Source: Thalassomonas sp. RHCl1 | GTDB taxonomy: Bacteria > Pseudomonadota > Gammaproteobacteria > Enterobacterales > Alteromonadaceae | Assembly (NCBI RefSeq): GCF_947387555.1 | Contig: NZ_CANDNZ010000006.1 | Span: forward strand, 91,482 to 155,481 | DNA length: 64,000 nt | Direction: 5' to 3' | In this document: positions 28,601 through 38,129 of the stretch, piece by piece | Numbering within the stretch: position 1 is the first letter of the stretch | How the letters are laid out: every line of letters starts with the position of its first letter | The notes under the pieces: generated by a model | Databases searched by the model: none | The model's input: only the letters and a program-made list of their open reading frames with translations | What the model was told of the DNA's origin: nothing | Translations under genes and position numbers: made by a program

Positions 28601-30887
28601 TTAACTGCTGTTTATGCTGCTCGAAGTTGTCGTAAATTTCGTCCCGTTTGGCGAGGATTTCCTGGTAGAACTCATCATAGTCGCTGAACTGGCTTTCCAG
28701 TTCTTCCAGCTGGATCAGCAAGGTCGATAACTGCTGATCACAGGCCTGCGGCGTATCGCTGGCATTTAAGGCACTGGTGACACTTTGTCCCAGCAGCTTA
28801 AAGCGGGCGCCAAATTCTGCACGGGCTTCTTCTGAACCGACATTTTTCGCCGCCAGCTCGGCGCTTGCCTTAACCCGATTGATTTGGCTGAAAACGGTGG
28901 AGATATCTTCCAGTATCCGGGTGCGTTGCCGGCTGTCTTCGATATTCAGCGACAGCATGGTATGGTTGAGCAGTTCCAGCCCCTGTACCTGCTCGTCTAT
29001 GGCGGCACGTATCGGTTTTAATGCGGTGATCGATTCGCTTGCTGCTATTTCTTTTTCCAGTTGCTCGATTTTTTCCTGATAAGGCTTCAGTGCCTGGTCT
29101 TGCTGGAGAAAATCTGCCGTGGCCTGGCTTAAGGTGAGTGTTAATGCTTCTAACTCGTCCTCCATGGTGTCGATTTGTGCGAGATCTATATATTTCAGAT
29201 CTTTATGGGAGATCAGCTCTCCTTTAAAGGCGGCAAGATCCGTCAGCCCCTGGACATATCCTTCGGCGCTGTCGAAACTGGCTTTTTCACAACGTTTGAT
29301 TATCTCTGCTTGTTTTTGTCTGGCCTCGAGCATGACCTGATCGGAAGCCGCCTTGATACTGGCGACTTTTTCAAATTCATCCAGCACCAGCTCTGAGGTG
29401 TTGATCACTTGTTTGATCAGCTCATTGAGGGCTGATAACTGGGGGTCGGTTAACCAGTGATATTTATCCAGCAGCTGCGCCGACTCTTTTACCAGGTCGT
29501 TGAAGTGATGCACGCTCGGGGTTTTGACATTGATCAGCTTAACTACGCCGTATAAGTCAGAAATGCCCCGTACCAGCTCCGGGTTGCCGATTTTGCCGAA
29601 CAATCCGCTTTCTTTTGGTTGTTCGCTGGCATATTCGTCACTGCAGAACGGTGTTTGCCAGATTTGCATGGCGTGGATGCGTGACGGCTCCGACTCGGCG
29701 TTAAACACCACGGCGCGACCGTTATTGGCCAGACTCTGGCCGTGGCCGTATATGGGGTTTTGCAGGGTACGGGTGATCAGGTTATAACCGAACAGCGCAT
29801 ACTGGCCTTCATTTGGCTCGTAAAAGATATAAAGAAAGTCTTCGCCGTTGGGGGATTTTACTACCCGGTGCAGCTGAAGGTCTTCGGCGTTGTCGTCAAA
29901 GCTTTTGTTTTCACCGCTTTGCAGGTAATAACCGCCGGGGAAAATAATGCCGTGATCTTCCGGTAGCTGGACACAGGCATGCTCTATGGCGTCCTGGCGC
30001 AATACTTCTTGGGTTTTGCAGTTAAAAATCAGGTGGCGGGTTTGCTGCTCCCGGTAGGGTTTGATTTTTAACAGGATCAGCTCGCCAACCTTGGCATAAT
30101 GGATTTCGGCATCGTCCAGCGATTGATGGGCGTCGTCGACTTCTTCGCTATAGATGCCCTGGCCGTCTTCGGTATTGTTTTCAACCTTGAGGGTTAGGCT
30201 GCCGTTGATGGCTTCAACAAACAAGGTATCGAATAAATTGTAATGGGGGTGTTTGCCGGTTTCCTGCTGCTCGCGGCTGACTTTTTGCCATTCAAAGTCG
30301 AAATTTTCCGGCTGTTTGATATTGCGCTCGCCGCGGTTGTCGATATAACGGACTTCGCCGTCGGCGGCTATGCCCCACTGGAATACCCGGATATCGTCGA
30401 GGCGCTCGCCGATCTGGAATACGGCAAAGACCTTGCTGCCCTGGCGGTAAACATGGGCAAGAAAGGTTTTTTTATAATAGGTGTAGAGTTCGTCAAAGTC
30501 GCGGATAAAGTCGGCGTGGTCTAAAAAGCTGCCGGCAAAAGGCACGTCCACCATTTCCAGCTCGCCGTCATTGTCAACCAGCTTATGCAGGCTGAAAACA
30601 TCCGCTACCGTGATATTGCGTTTCAGGCCGAGGAAAACGTTATAACCAAACAGCAATAACTCGCCGATGGCGGCGATATCCCGGGCGACACAGTTATGTT
30701 CGGTGCGCACCCTGACCCTGGCTTCAACCTTCATGTCGGTTGAACCGAACAGGGATATACGATCATCATTAAGCTGTTTAAGCTGGCCGGTGAGGTCTTC
30801 ACCTAAGCCCTGCAACCGGCGCTGGATCAATTCATAGGAGCCGCCCTGGGCTACGGCTTCATTATCGACATTTTCCATCTCGGACAT
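25659..30887 (-). CDS. Giant (1742 aa) AAA+ ATPase co-operonic with flotillin. The AAA_5/MoxR-McrB-like module sits near residues 1150-1300 and most of the rest is long helical/coiled-coil.
   Basis: Walker A MISPPGYGKTTLIEY. Walker B NNVMLYLDDIQ. Sensor-1-like FAVVMAGNPYTESG. The gene lies immediately downstream of the SPFH gene, same strand, 120-bp gap. No transposase or nuclease motif recognised. Confidence 0.65.
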   Translation of the reverse strand: MSEMENVDNEAVAQGGSYELIQRRLQGLGEDLTGQLKQLNDDRISLFGSTDMKVEARVRVRTEHNCVARDIAAIGELLLFGYNVFLGLKRNITVADVFSLHKLVDNDGELEMVDVPFAGSFLDHADFIRDFDELYTYYKKTFLAHVYRQGSKVFAVFQIGERLDDIRVFQWGIAADGEVRYIDNRGERNIKQPENFDFEWQKVSREQQETGKHPHYNLFDTLFVEAINGSLTLKVENNTEDGQGIYSEEVDDAHQSLDDAEIHYAKVGELILLKIKPYREQQTRHLIFNCKTQEVLRQDAIEHACVQLPEDHGIIFPGGYYLQSGENKSFDDNAEDLQLHRVVKSPNGEDFLYIFYEPNEGQYALFGYNLITRTLQNPIYGHGQSLANNGRAVVFNAESEPSRIHAMQIWQTPFCSDEYASEQPKESGLFGKIGNPELVRGISDLYGVVKLINVKTPSVHHFNDLVKESAQLLDKYHWLTDPQLSALNELIKQVINTSELVLDEFEKVASIKAASDQVMLEARQKQAEIIKRCEKASFDSAEGYVQGLTDLAAFKGELISHKDLKYIDLAQIDTMEDELEALTLTLSQATADFLQQDQALKPYQEKIEQLEKEIAASESITALKPIRAAIDEQVQGLELLNHTMLSLNIEDSRQRTRILEDISTVFSQINRVKASAELAAKNVGSEEARAEFGARFKLLGQSVTSALNASDTPQACDQQLSTLLIQLEELESQFSDYDEFYQEILAKRDEIYDNFEQHKQQLMDAQQRRCLNLKTAADRILEGINRRSQDFNDVNKLNSYFAADPMVAKLRQLTEQLRDLDDNVRADDVDAQLKNAKEQGIRALRDKTDIYSADGSLVKIGEHQFSVNRQKLELTLLPREQSMVLHISGTDYFEPLAPELFAGTEHLWQQELISESPEVYRGEYLAASILFEAEAKGSTGIDTLLGAAKENTLTELVRKAAEPRYQEGYDKGVHDADASLILSELLALRQSVGLLAYAAAERRLAWVYMATGLNDEARQQLVNRCHNLYLMEQTFGSSELRAQLSDELAQALTELITEQNWLACDSRLAADYLINEFADGKQQYVIREAAKSLVNQLQNQLKHKSLEQQLQSALAGCSSLEQKMKLHLAWLTSFAGHQDIDADQELILEGASLMTLKEPLKFYDSSANTSGMVKGLLGQHGRIKEQVLAFSYQEFIARLRNFTNEQVPAFTRFHQLKQQILAEQRQRLRLQEFKPGALSSFVRNKLINDVYFPIIGTNLAKQIGAAGNNKRSDLMGLLLMISPPGYGKTTLIEYVASKLGMTFVKVNCPSIGHEQLSLDPAQANNSTARSEVEKINLAFEMGNNVMLYLDDIQHTNPEFLQKFISLCDGSRRVDGVWNGESKTYDMRGKKFAVVMAGNPYTESGEAFTIPDMLANRADIYNLGDTLSGREHEFSLSFIENSLTSNSYIAPLATRDMDDLYQLVKMADGEPLPITELKHGYSQAEVNEIIAVIQRIRKIQQTVLKANEQYIASAAQDDKYRVEPPFKLQGSYRNMNKMAEKVVPVMTDEELELLIADHYRGEAQTLTVGAEENLLKLAELRETLTDEQEQRWQQIKNDYVRHQNLGSGDDPLASIASQISLLQQGLGQIGSALEQPKSDGLEQISQSLSALASQLNGQKAEAGNNAELEKTLAIFSEKMEAFLTPLVTTLQNNQALDSALVETLKTLEVKPGQPVRSATSEIQKISRELVQDRENSSDELIQD

Positions 30888-31007
30888 TTAACTCTCCACG
30901 GGATATATTTTAGCCCTTGCCCGGACAGGGGAAGGGCTTAAGCTGATGGCATAAATTTGTGCTCGCCCGCTCTTTGGCAGCAGGCGATGTTTTTCGGGAT
31001 AAACCGG

Positions 31008-32993
31008 CTATTTAACGTCTGAGGTATTTTTACCACCTAAGCCGCTGAGCAGGCTGGCTATTGCCCCTTTCTGGCTGTCATCGGCATTGTTCAGGCTGGA
31101 CAATAACTTGGCCATATTGATGTTTTTCAGGGTTTCGCTGGAATCGGAAGCCCCCGCCAATACACCTTTCAAGTCGTCCATGATGTTACGGTCGCCGTTT
31201 AACTGATCTTTAAACAGGGTTTGTACCGTCTCGCTTTCGCTGACTAAACCATCCAGGGATTTACCTACGGTAATGGACTTCATGAACTGGCGTAAGAAGT
31301 CGCCGTCGCCGCCCATGATGTTGATGTTGGCTTCGCCCAGGGCTTTGGCCAGGACTTCCGCCTGTTTCTCGGCCAAATCAACGCTGTTGTCCAGCTTCGC
31401 CAGGGTCAGCTCTCTCTCCTGGTTCAGGCGCAGGCCGAAGGTTTCAAAGTCACGCGCAGAGTCGGTCATGGCATCGAGCACTTCCTGCTTCTCGCGCAGG
31501 CCTGTGGCTTCTGCCAGGGCTTTTTCTTCAATGCCTTTGGCTTCTGCGGTTAGTTTCAGCTCCAGCGATTTCGCTTCTGCTTCGCCGTGTCTTTCCTGGG
31601 CATCCGCCTGGGCCAGGGTCACTTGTGCTTCTGCCAGGCCGAGTGAAGCCGCTTCCGCCTGCTCCCCTTCGGCGAGGATTTTCTTCGCTTCCGCCTGTTT
31701 GCTGGCGGCTTTTAATTCTGCTTCGGCTATGGTTTGCAGCTTGCGGGCTTTGTGCTCTGCCGCCTGCTCTTCCGCCTTGGCGGCTTCGATATCTTTTACC
31801 AGGGCTTCTTCGGCTTCTGCCTTGGCCTTGATTACCTGCTCTTCTTTTAAACGGTTGGCTTCAGAAACCACACGCAGATCTTTGATGTTCTCTTCTTCTT
31901 CCGCGACGCTCTTCTCCACCGCAATACGTTCTTTTTGTACTTCGGCGATATTTTTACGTTCGATTTCAAGCGCTTTTTCTTTGTCTATGCGCAGGGTTTC
32001 TACCTCTTTTTCCCGGTCGATGGCTTCGATCTGGCGGGCGCGTTTGACTTTTTCTTCCTCGATGGCAACCGCCCTGAGCTTGTTCTGCTCGGCGATCTCT
32101 GCTTCACGCAGCTTGTTTTCTTCGGCTACGGCAATCACCTGCTCGGTGTCGATTCTCGCCTGTTCGGCCTTGCTGCGCTCTTCTTCCATGATTTTCGCGG
32201 TTTCCGCTTCTTCGCGGGCTTTTACCGTCGCTACTTCCCTTTGTTGTTTGGCTTCGGCGTCTGCCAGCTGGCGTTCCAGTTCCAGGGCTTTTTCTTTGGC
32301 GTCGATGTCCTGGCGTTTGATGCGGATTTCTTCCTGGCGCTTAAGGTCGTTGGTTTCTACGCTTTGCTGGGCGGTCAGCTCAGTGATGCGGCGGATACCT
32401 TCGGCGTCCATGATGTTGTTGGGATCAAGATCCCGGATAGAGGTTTGCTCAAGGAAATCGATGGCAACATCTTCTAATACATAACCGGATAAGTCCTGGC
32501 CGATCACTTCTTTGATTTTATCGCGGAAGCTGTTGCGCTGGGTAAATAACTCGGTAAAGTTCAGTTGCTTACCTACGGTTTTCAGGGCTTCCGAGAACTT
32601 GGCTTCGAACAGTTCCTGCAAGGTTTCCGGGTAGGAAGAACGATCGCAACCCACTTGTTTCGCCACCCGTAAGATGTCTTCCTTGGTTTCATTGACCCGG
32701 ATATAAAAGGTGATGATGATATCGGCGCGGATATTATCCTGGCAGATCAAACCCGAACGCCCTTTACGCTCGAGCACCATACGTTTGGTGGAGATGTCCA
32801 TGATTTCTTTTTTATGGATCACCGGAATCACCATGCCGCCGGTGGTGCTAACTTCCGGCTCGGCGCGTAATTTATTAATGATCAGCGCCTGACCCTGTTC
32901 AACCTTGTTATAAAACTTGGCGACCATGATCAGGAGTGAAAAGACGAACAATACGCCTATGCCAATTGCTAAAAAAAGTGGTTCCAAAACCAT
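31008..32993 (-). CDS. yqiK: Flotillin-like SPFH-domain protein (YqiK family) with a long Ala/Glu/Lys-rich coiled-coil
   Basis: N-terminal TM, then the SPFH core (YNKVEQGQALIINKLRAEPEVS...), then EA-repeat coiled coil (AEAKQQREVATVKAREEAE...). 661 aa. Confidence 0.8.
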   Translation of the reverse strand: MVLEPLFLAIGIGVLFVFSLLIMVAKFYNKVEQGQALIINKLRAEPEVSTTGGMVIPVIHKKEIMDISTKRMVLERKGRSGLICQDNIRADIIITFYIRVNETKEDILRVAKQVGCDRSSYPETLQELFEAKFSEALKTVGKQLNFTELFTQRNSFRDKIKEVIGQDLSGYVLEDVAIDFLEQTSIRDLDPNNIMDAEGIRRITELTAQQSVETNDLKRQEEIRIKRQDIDAKEKALELERQLADAEAKQQREVATVKAREEAETAKIMEEERSKAEQARIDTEQVIAVAEENKLREAEIAEQNKLRAVAIEEEKVKRARQIEAIDREKEVETLRIDKEKALEIERKNIAEVQKERIAVEKSVAEEEENIKDLRVVSEANRLKEEQVIKAKAEAEEALVKDIEAAKAEEQAAEHKARKLQTIAEAELKAASKQAEAKKILAEGEQAEAASLGLAEAQVTLAQADAQERHGEAEAKSLELKLTAEAKGIEEKALAEATGLREKQEVLDAMTDSARDFETFGLRLNQERELTLAKLDNSVDLAEKQAEVLAKALGEANINIMGGDGDFLRQFMKSITVGKSLDGLVSESETVQTLFKDQLNGDRNIMDDLKGVLAGASDSSETLKNINMAKLLSSLNNADDSQKGAIASLLSGLGGKNTSDVK

Positions 32994-33098
32994 AGGTTTT
33001 TCCTCTTATTAATATTGGCTGCCGGCGTGCAGACCGGCAGCGTAAGTTTTTAATCTTGTGTTTAAATTGATATAAAAATAATTATTGACTACAAATGG

Positions 33099-33737
33099 TT
33101 AGCCTGGAAACGGCGCAACTATATAGGTATGGCTGTCCTGCTGGTATTCGATCAGCAAGACCTTATCTCCCATGCTCAGCTGATGTTGGGGATCACAACG
33201 GACATCAAGTAAGATTTCTGCGCCGTCATTAAAAACTTTTGCCTGGCCAAAGGTTTCACTGACCGACCCTGTGGCGATAGTGGCGTCTTTGCCTACCAGG
33301 TTGTTGCTGCTGGCGGTTTCGACACTGTTGAACATGCCTTTTAACGGCCGGATCAAAATCGCGGTAACAGGTAAGGAGATTAAAAATACCACGAAACTTG
33401 CCGCTGTGGCGGCCAGGTAGTAAAGCCAGCCGTCCGGCAGCCAGGTCAGCAGATAAAATTGTAGGTAAAAACTAATCAGCCAGCACACCAGGATAATAAT
33501 GCTGATAACCAGGGTAAAAGGTACTCCGGTCAAGCCAAAGGTCAGTAATAAACCGGTTAAGCCGCCGACACTGGCATCAGCATCGACATCTGCGTCGACA
33601 TCAACATCAATATCGCCGGAGAAATCTAAGTCGATAAGTCCGAGCATGCCCACCAGCCAGTAAATGACAACTACGGCTAATAATACGGTGTAGATAACGG
33701 TAGGAAACTGGCTGGCAACGGTAAAGACTTGCTGCAT
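33099..33737 (-). CDS. yqiJ: NfeD/YqiJ-like inner-membrane protein (flotillin partner) with an acidic (DV)n repeat loop
   Basis: Membrane helices. DFSGDIDVDVDADVDADASVGG. C-terminal OB-fold-like tail. The gene lies directly upstream of the flotillin gene, as in E. coli yqiJK. Confidence 0.65.
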   Translation of the reverse strand: MQQVFTVASQFPTVIYTVLLAVVVIYWLVGMLGLIDLDFSGDIDVDVDADVDADASVGGLTGLLLTFGLTGVPFTLVISIIILVCWLISFYLQFYLLTWLPDGWLYYLAATAASFVVFLISLPVTAILIRPLKGMFNSVETASSNNLVGKDATIATGSVSETFGQAKVFNDGAEILLDVRCDPQHQLSMGDKVLLIEYQQDSHTYIVAPFPG

Positions 33738-34055
33738 ATTTTATCCTTAAATAAATTATTGTTATTGCTTGATAATGCTTGTGTTTGTTGCTTATACGGG
33801 TTTCGAATGAACCGTCATCAATGACTGTGGCTGATATTATGTCAGCCATGTTCGTGTTTGAACATTACGGCGGATTACCGCCGCTTCATTTCGGAATGCT
33901 TAGCTAAAATAAGATGCGAATTTTTCTCTGTTTAGGGTAAGATATCAGGAAATTAGGCATGTTTTTATAGCTGTTGCTTGCTACTTTAACATACTATTAA
34001 CCGTATAAAATAGATTATGGCGCTCAGGTCGTAAAAATACCCAAAGGATACTCAA

Positions 34056-34607
34056 ATGATGAAATGCACAAGTTGTAATGCGGGTGAATTAGTGCCCAGT
34101 TTTATTGACGGGCTGTTCAGGGCGCATACCTGCTCTAATTGCCAGGGTAATTGGATCCTCATCGAAGATTATGTGGCCTGGAAAGAACGTAATCCGGAAT
34201 TCACCTTTGATGATAATGTTAATTATGAAGTGGAAGATACTAAAAAAGCCATTTTATGTCCGGTCACCGGCACAATTATGAGAAAATTCCGTCTTACTGC
34301 CAGTAATACTTATCGTATCGATTACAGTGCCGGGGTTGGTGGTGTTTGGTTAGACAGCGGTGAGTGGGAGTTGTTGAAAGAAGAAGGTTTGGCGGGCTCG
34401 TTAAATGCAGTATTAACCAGTCACTGGCAAAAAAATATACGTACTGTTAGCACCAAAGATAATTTTTATGAAATTTATCTGGATAAATTCGGCCAGGAAA
34501 CTTATGAAAAAGTTAAAGAACTAAGAAATTGGCTGGAAAAGCAACCCAACAAAGCTGATTTACGTGCCTACCTGTTAGCGGAAGACCCGTATTCAGCAGA
34601 AAAATAA
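34056..34607 (+). CDS. Zn-ribbon domain protein (CxxC...CxxC N-terminus), function unknown
   Basis: MMKCTSCNAGELVP...HTCSNCQGNWIL is a four-Cys zinc ribbon. 183 aa. Confidence 0.45.
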   Translation: MMKCTSCNAGELVPSFIDGLFRAHTCSNCQGNWILIEDYVAWKERNPEFTFDDNVNYEVEDTKKAILCPVTGTIMRKFRLTASNTYRIDYSAGVGGVWLDSGEWELLKEEGLAGSLNAVLTSHWQKNIRTVSTKDNFYEIYLDKFGQETYEKVKELRNWLEKQPNKADLRAYLLAEDPYSAEK

Positions 34608-34677
34608 ACCTTTGCTCTGGTGTCTGGGTTAGTCAATTTAAATGATATGGGCTAATCCAGGTGAATTTCAGAGCCGC

Positions 34678-36381
34678 TTAACTGAGCGGAGCCGCTTCCC
34701 CAGCTTTAAAAAATGCCAGTTCACTACTGAGTTGATTTTCCTTGTTTTGCTTTTGTTTCATGCGGGTAAGCACACGATTAAAGCTGTCAGAGGTTTTCAG
34801 CGGCTGAAACAGGGGCTGCTGTTCAACTTTGTTTATCTGGGTTAGGCCCTGTTCCAGCGCTTGCACCAGGTAGCGGATGGCTTGTTGTTCCTGTTCTTGC
34901 CGGGCGTATATCAAGGCCAGTTGATAACTGAGGCTGGCCTTATCCGAACCTTCATAAAGGCTGTTTTTCAAGGAGGTTGTTAAGGCGGAGATTTCCTTTG
35001 CCGGCAATGTTGGTGCTGTCAGTAAAAACATTAAACGCACCCGGGGCAGCACCTTGTTTTCCTGTTTAATCATGATGTCCTGGTAGGTTTTATGGGCCAA
35101 ATCTGTCTGGCCGTTATAAAAATAGCTGTCTGCCAGCCCTTCGGACAATAAGGCATGATCCTGATAGCGCGCCAATGCATCCCGGTAGGTTGTGATTGCC
35201 TGTTGGTATTGTTTTGTTCTCAGTTGTACCTGTCCCAGGTGGTAGCTGGCCAGCAGGTAATCCGGCTGCAGGTCTATCGCTTTATTAAACCAGGTTTTTG
35301 CCAGTTGTTCGTGACCTAACAGGCTTAAGGTTTGGCCGGCATGCACCATAGTCACTACATGGCCGGGATCGATAGCCAGCGCTTTTTTATGCCAGTCGAC
35401 GGCTTGTGCCAGTTTACCCTGTTCGCTGTAAATAAATCCCAAATTCGAGATGGTTTCCAAATTATCAGGGGCCAGCGACAAAGCTTTTAAATGGGCATTA
35501 ATGCTTTTAGAGAGCCAGCCGGAAACATAATAAGCAATACCGAGCGCCTTGTAGGCATCTGCCGAGTCATTGTCGAAAGTGATGGCCTGGTAGGCATTGT
35601 CTATGGCTTTTATTTTATCGCTTTCTTCGCCGTTAAACTGGAACAGTTGCTGGCTGTACGCCTGGCTTAATCCGGCATAGGCCAGGGAAAATTTGGGATC
35701 TTTGGCCAGGGCTTTGTGGAAAAACTCTATGGCGATGCTGTTATCGATTTTACGGTAGCGTTGATAGTACTCTTTTCCTTTGAGGTAATAGTCGTTGGCA
35801 ATTTCTTTTGTCGTTAATACCTGAGGGGCATTGTTGGTTTGCTTGGCAGCAAGCTGAACGGGAGCTGCCGGTGTTGTCGAATATAGCTGTGAATATAATG
35901 CCGTTAGCAGGCTCAGGCTAATAATAAGGGTCAGCCCTAACCGGGATATTCTGCGCCAGATGCCGGTCAATTGCTGGTAGGTTATATTGGGAAAGTGATC
36001 ATTGGCGGCCAAATCAACAATGGCTGCCGGTGCCTGGTTTATCACGCATTCGCATTTTACCTTGGGACGCAGGCGATATCCCCGTCCGCGGATGGCTTCG
36101 ATATATCTGGGATTACCGGCGTCATCTCCCAGGGATTTGCGTAACAGTTTTACCCTTTGTTTTAAGGTTTCATCACCAATTACCCGGTCGGGCCACACTT
36201 TTTCCATCAATAACTGTTGGCTTAATAATGCCGGAGACGATTCAACCAGGGAGACTAATAGATCGTAACTGAGTTTGGGCAGGTGGATTTCTTCGTCATT
36301 CCTCAATAACCTGCCTTGCTGGATATCCAGGATCAGGTCATCGAACAGGTAGCGGGTAACCCTTGTTTTCTTCTCCCCCAT
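34678..36381 (-). CDS. ToxR/CadC-like transmembrane transcriptional activator: N-terminal OmpR/PhoB winged-helix, one TM, periplasmic TPR repeats
   Basis: Winged-helix N-terminus (YLFDDLILDIQQGRLL...LSYDLLVSLVES...IEAIRGRGYRLRP). TM LGLTLIISLSLLTALY. Repeated TPR-like A..Y..AL motifs afterwards. Confidence 0.7.
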   Translation of the reverse strand: MGEKKTRVTRYLFDDLILDIQQGRLLRNDEEIHLPKLSYDLLVSLVESSPALLSQQLLMEKVWPDRVIGDETLKQRVKLLRKSLGDDAGNPRYIEAIRGRGYRLRPKVKCECVINQAPAAIVDLAANDHFPNITYQQLTGIWRRISRLGLTLIISLSLLTALYSQLYSTTPAAPVQLAAKQTNNAPQVLTTKEIANDYYLKGKEYYQRYRKIDNSIAIEFFHKALAKDPKFSLAYAGLSQAYSQQLFQFNGEESDKIKAIDNAYQAITFDNDSADAYKALGIAYYVSGWLSKSINAHLKALSLAPDNLETISNLGFIYSEQGKLAQAVDWHKKALAIDPGHVVTMVHAGQTLSLLGHEQLAKTWFNKAIDLQPDYLLASYHLGQVQLRTKQYQQAITTYRDALARYQDHALLSEGLADSYFYNGQTDLAHKTYQDIMIKQENKVLPRVRLMFLLTAPTLPAKEISALTTSLKNSLYEGSDKASLSYQLALIYARQEQEQQAIRYLVQALEQGLTQINKVEQQPLFQPLKTSDSFNRVLTRMKQKQNKENQLSSELAFFKAGEAAPLS

Positions 36382-36569
36382 AGTTTCTTAATCCTTTAGC
36401 CTCGGAAAGCTCATCATTACTGCTTTTTCACCAAACTTCAAGCCTTGCATCCGGCCTTCACCAAAGCTTCACCCAAGTTTTTATCCTCCTTCACCTTCTC
36501 TTCAAGTCAGTGTTTCCTAAAGATTTATGCTTAATAGCAGCAAAAGAACAAGCCTATCAAGGAAAAACG

Positions 36570-38093
36570 ATGACAACATTAGATGCAACCGGGCAAGAGG
36601 CAGGGCTTACTAAGCAAAACTGCCAATATGATGATTTATGGGGACATCCCAAACCTTTGTGGATGTTATTTATGGCGGAGTTTTGGGAGCGTTTTGCCTT
36701 TTATGGTATCCGCTGGGCCCTGACTCTTTATATCGTTGCACAATTTTTTAACGGTGATGCCAGCGGACAAACTTTCGCTGCCAATACCTATGGTGCCTAC
36801 CTGGCCCTGGTGTATGGCAGTGCTATTTTTGGCGGTTATGTTGCTGATAAAATCATTGGCTCGCAACATGCCATTTTAACCGGGGCCTTGATCATGGCGG
36901 CCGGTTTATTTCTGCTGATGCTGCCGGATCAGACCTTTTTTATGCTCGGGCTGGCCACGGTTATTATCGGTAACGGCCTGTTTAAGCCGAATATCTCCAA
37001 CCTGGTAGGCAAGATTTATCAGCAGGGAGATCCGCGCCGTGACCGGGGCTTCAGTATTTTTTATATGGGCATCAATGCCGGGGCCATGGTGTCGCCGATT
37101 GTGACCCAGTATCTGGCCAGCACTTTAACCGATACTCCTATGATGGATAACTATAAAGTGGTGTTTGCCGCCGCCGGTATCGGCATGGTGATCAGCTATT
37201 GCTGGTTTTACCTGGGGCGACGTCAGCTAAAAGGCACGGGAGCGATAGTAAAAAGTCCGCGGCGCAGTAAAAATTTGGCCTATGTGATCATTGGATCCGC
37301 CGCTTCGATAGTGCCGGTTTATCTGCTGATGGCTTATGCCGGTGCCCAGGTGTTGGCCTGGATCTTATTTATTTTATTTGTCGGCCTGGCTGCGGTGCTG
37401 ATTAAAGGGGCGAAGCGGGAAGGTAAAATCGCGATGGATCGGGTGTTGGCGTGCCTGATCATGTGTGGCTTTAATGTCATCTTTTTTATGTTTTTCGAGC
37501 AGGCGGGCAGTTCCTTTACCTTTTTGGCGCAAAACCTGGTGGACAGGAGCCTGGGCGGTGGTTTTGAGTTTAAACTTGCCTGGTTCCAGTCGGTGAATGC
37601 CGTGGCTATTTTGCTGCTGGCACCCGCGCTTTCACTGATCTGGCTGAAAATGTCCAGGCGTAACATCGAGCCTAATATTCCGCAGAAGTTTGCTTTGGGG
37701 CTGCTGGGTACCGGGGCCGGTTTTTTGGTGCTGGTGTTTGCCCTGGAAAACCTGCTGGATGCCAATCAGCTTATTCCGTTATGGCCGCTGGCGGCCTGTT
37801 ATGTGCTGCATACGGTGGGAGAATTATGTTTATCGCCGATAGGTTTGTCTATGGTCAGTAAGCTGGTGCCGGCTTCCATGGCGGGCCTGGCTTTTGGCGG
37901 CTGGTTTTTAAGCACCGCCATCGGCAATAATTTCTCCGGCATTCTAGCCGGCAGTATCAGCGGTGAAACCGGTATGACGGTGGCTTCAGCCATCAGTGGC
38001 TTTGATTTCAGCTTCTGGCTGCTGACCGGCGGCGGGTTATTGCTCTTTATCCTTGCCCCGCTCATTAACAAGCTCATGCACGGGATAAAATAA
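36570..38093 (+). CDS. Proton-dependent oligopeptide (POT/PTR2) family di-/tripeptide transporter
   Basis: PTR2 signature FWERFAFYGIRWALTLYIV. Second motif GNGLFKPNISNLVG. About 14 TM. ATG at 36570 after an AAGGA RBS. The six-frame ORF begins at 36510. Confidence 0.85.
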   Translation: MTTLDATGQEAGLTKQNCQYDDLWGHPKPLWMLFMAEFWERFAFYGIRWALTLYIVAQFFNGDASGQTFAANTYGAYLALVYGSAIFGGYVADKIIGSQHAILTGALIMAAGLFLLMLPDQTFFMLGLATVIIGNGLFKPNISNLVGKIYQQGDPRRDRGFSIFYMGINAGAMVSPIVTQYLASTLTDTPMMDNYKVVFAAAGIGMVISYCWFYLGRRQLKGTGAIVKSPRRSKNLAYVIIGSAASIVPVYLLMAYAGAQVLAWILFILFVGLAAVLIKGAKREGKIAMDRVLACLIMCGFNVIFFMFFEQAGSSFTFLAQNLVDRSLGGGFEFKLAWFQSVNAVAILLLAPALSLIWLKMSRRNIEPNIPQKFALGLLGTGAGFLVLVFALENLLDANQLIPLWPLAACYVLHTVGELCLSPIGLSMVSKLVPASMAGLAFGGWFLSTAIGNNFSGILAGSISGETGMTVASAISGFDFSFWLLTGGGLLLFILAPLINKLMHGIK

Positions 38094-38129
38094 TAACGCC
38101 GGCAAGTAAAGGTAAGCAGCAGCCTGAGT

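Noticed and set aside
25735-30524. Numerous 60-120-aa plus-strand ORFs (e.g. 26826-27053, 27857-28228, 28777-29079, 29119-29396, 30243-30524)
   Set aside because: All are embedded antisense within the 5.2-kb AAA+ ATPase gene. They lack start contexts and show no coding-like composition.
31273-32484. 403-aa Ser/Ala/Arg-rich ORF on the plus strand, plus a 180-aa Phe/Gly-rich ORF (31935-32477)
   Set aside because: Both lie antisense inside the flotillin gene. The low-complexity translation is the mirror image of the Glu/Ala/Lys coiled-coil codons. There is no RBS or independent support, so they are artefacts.
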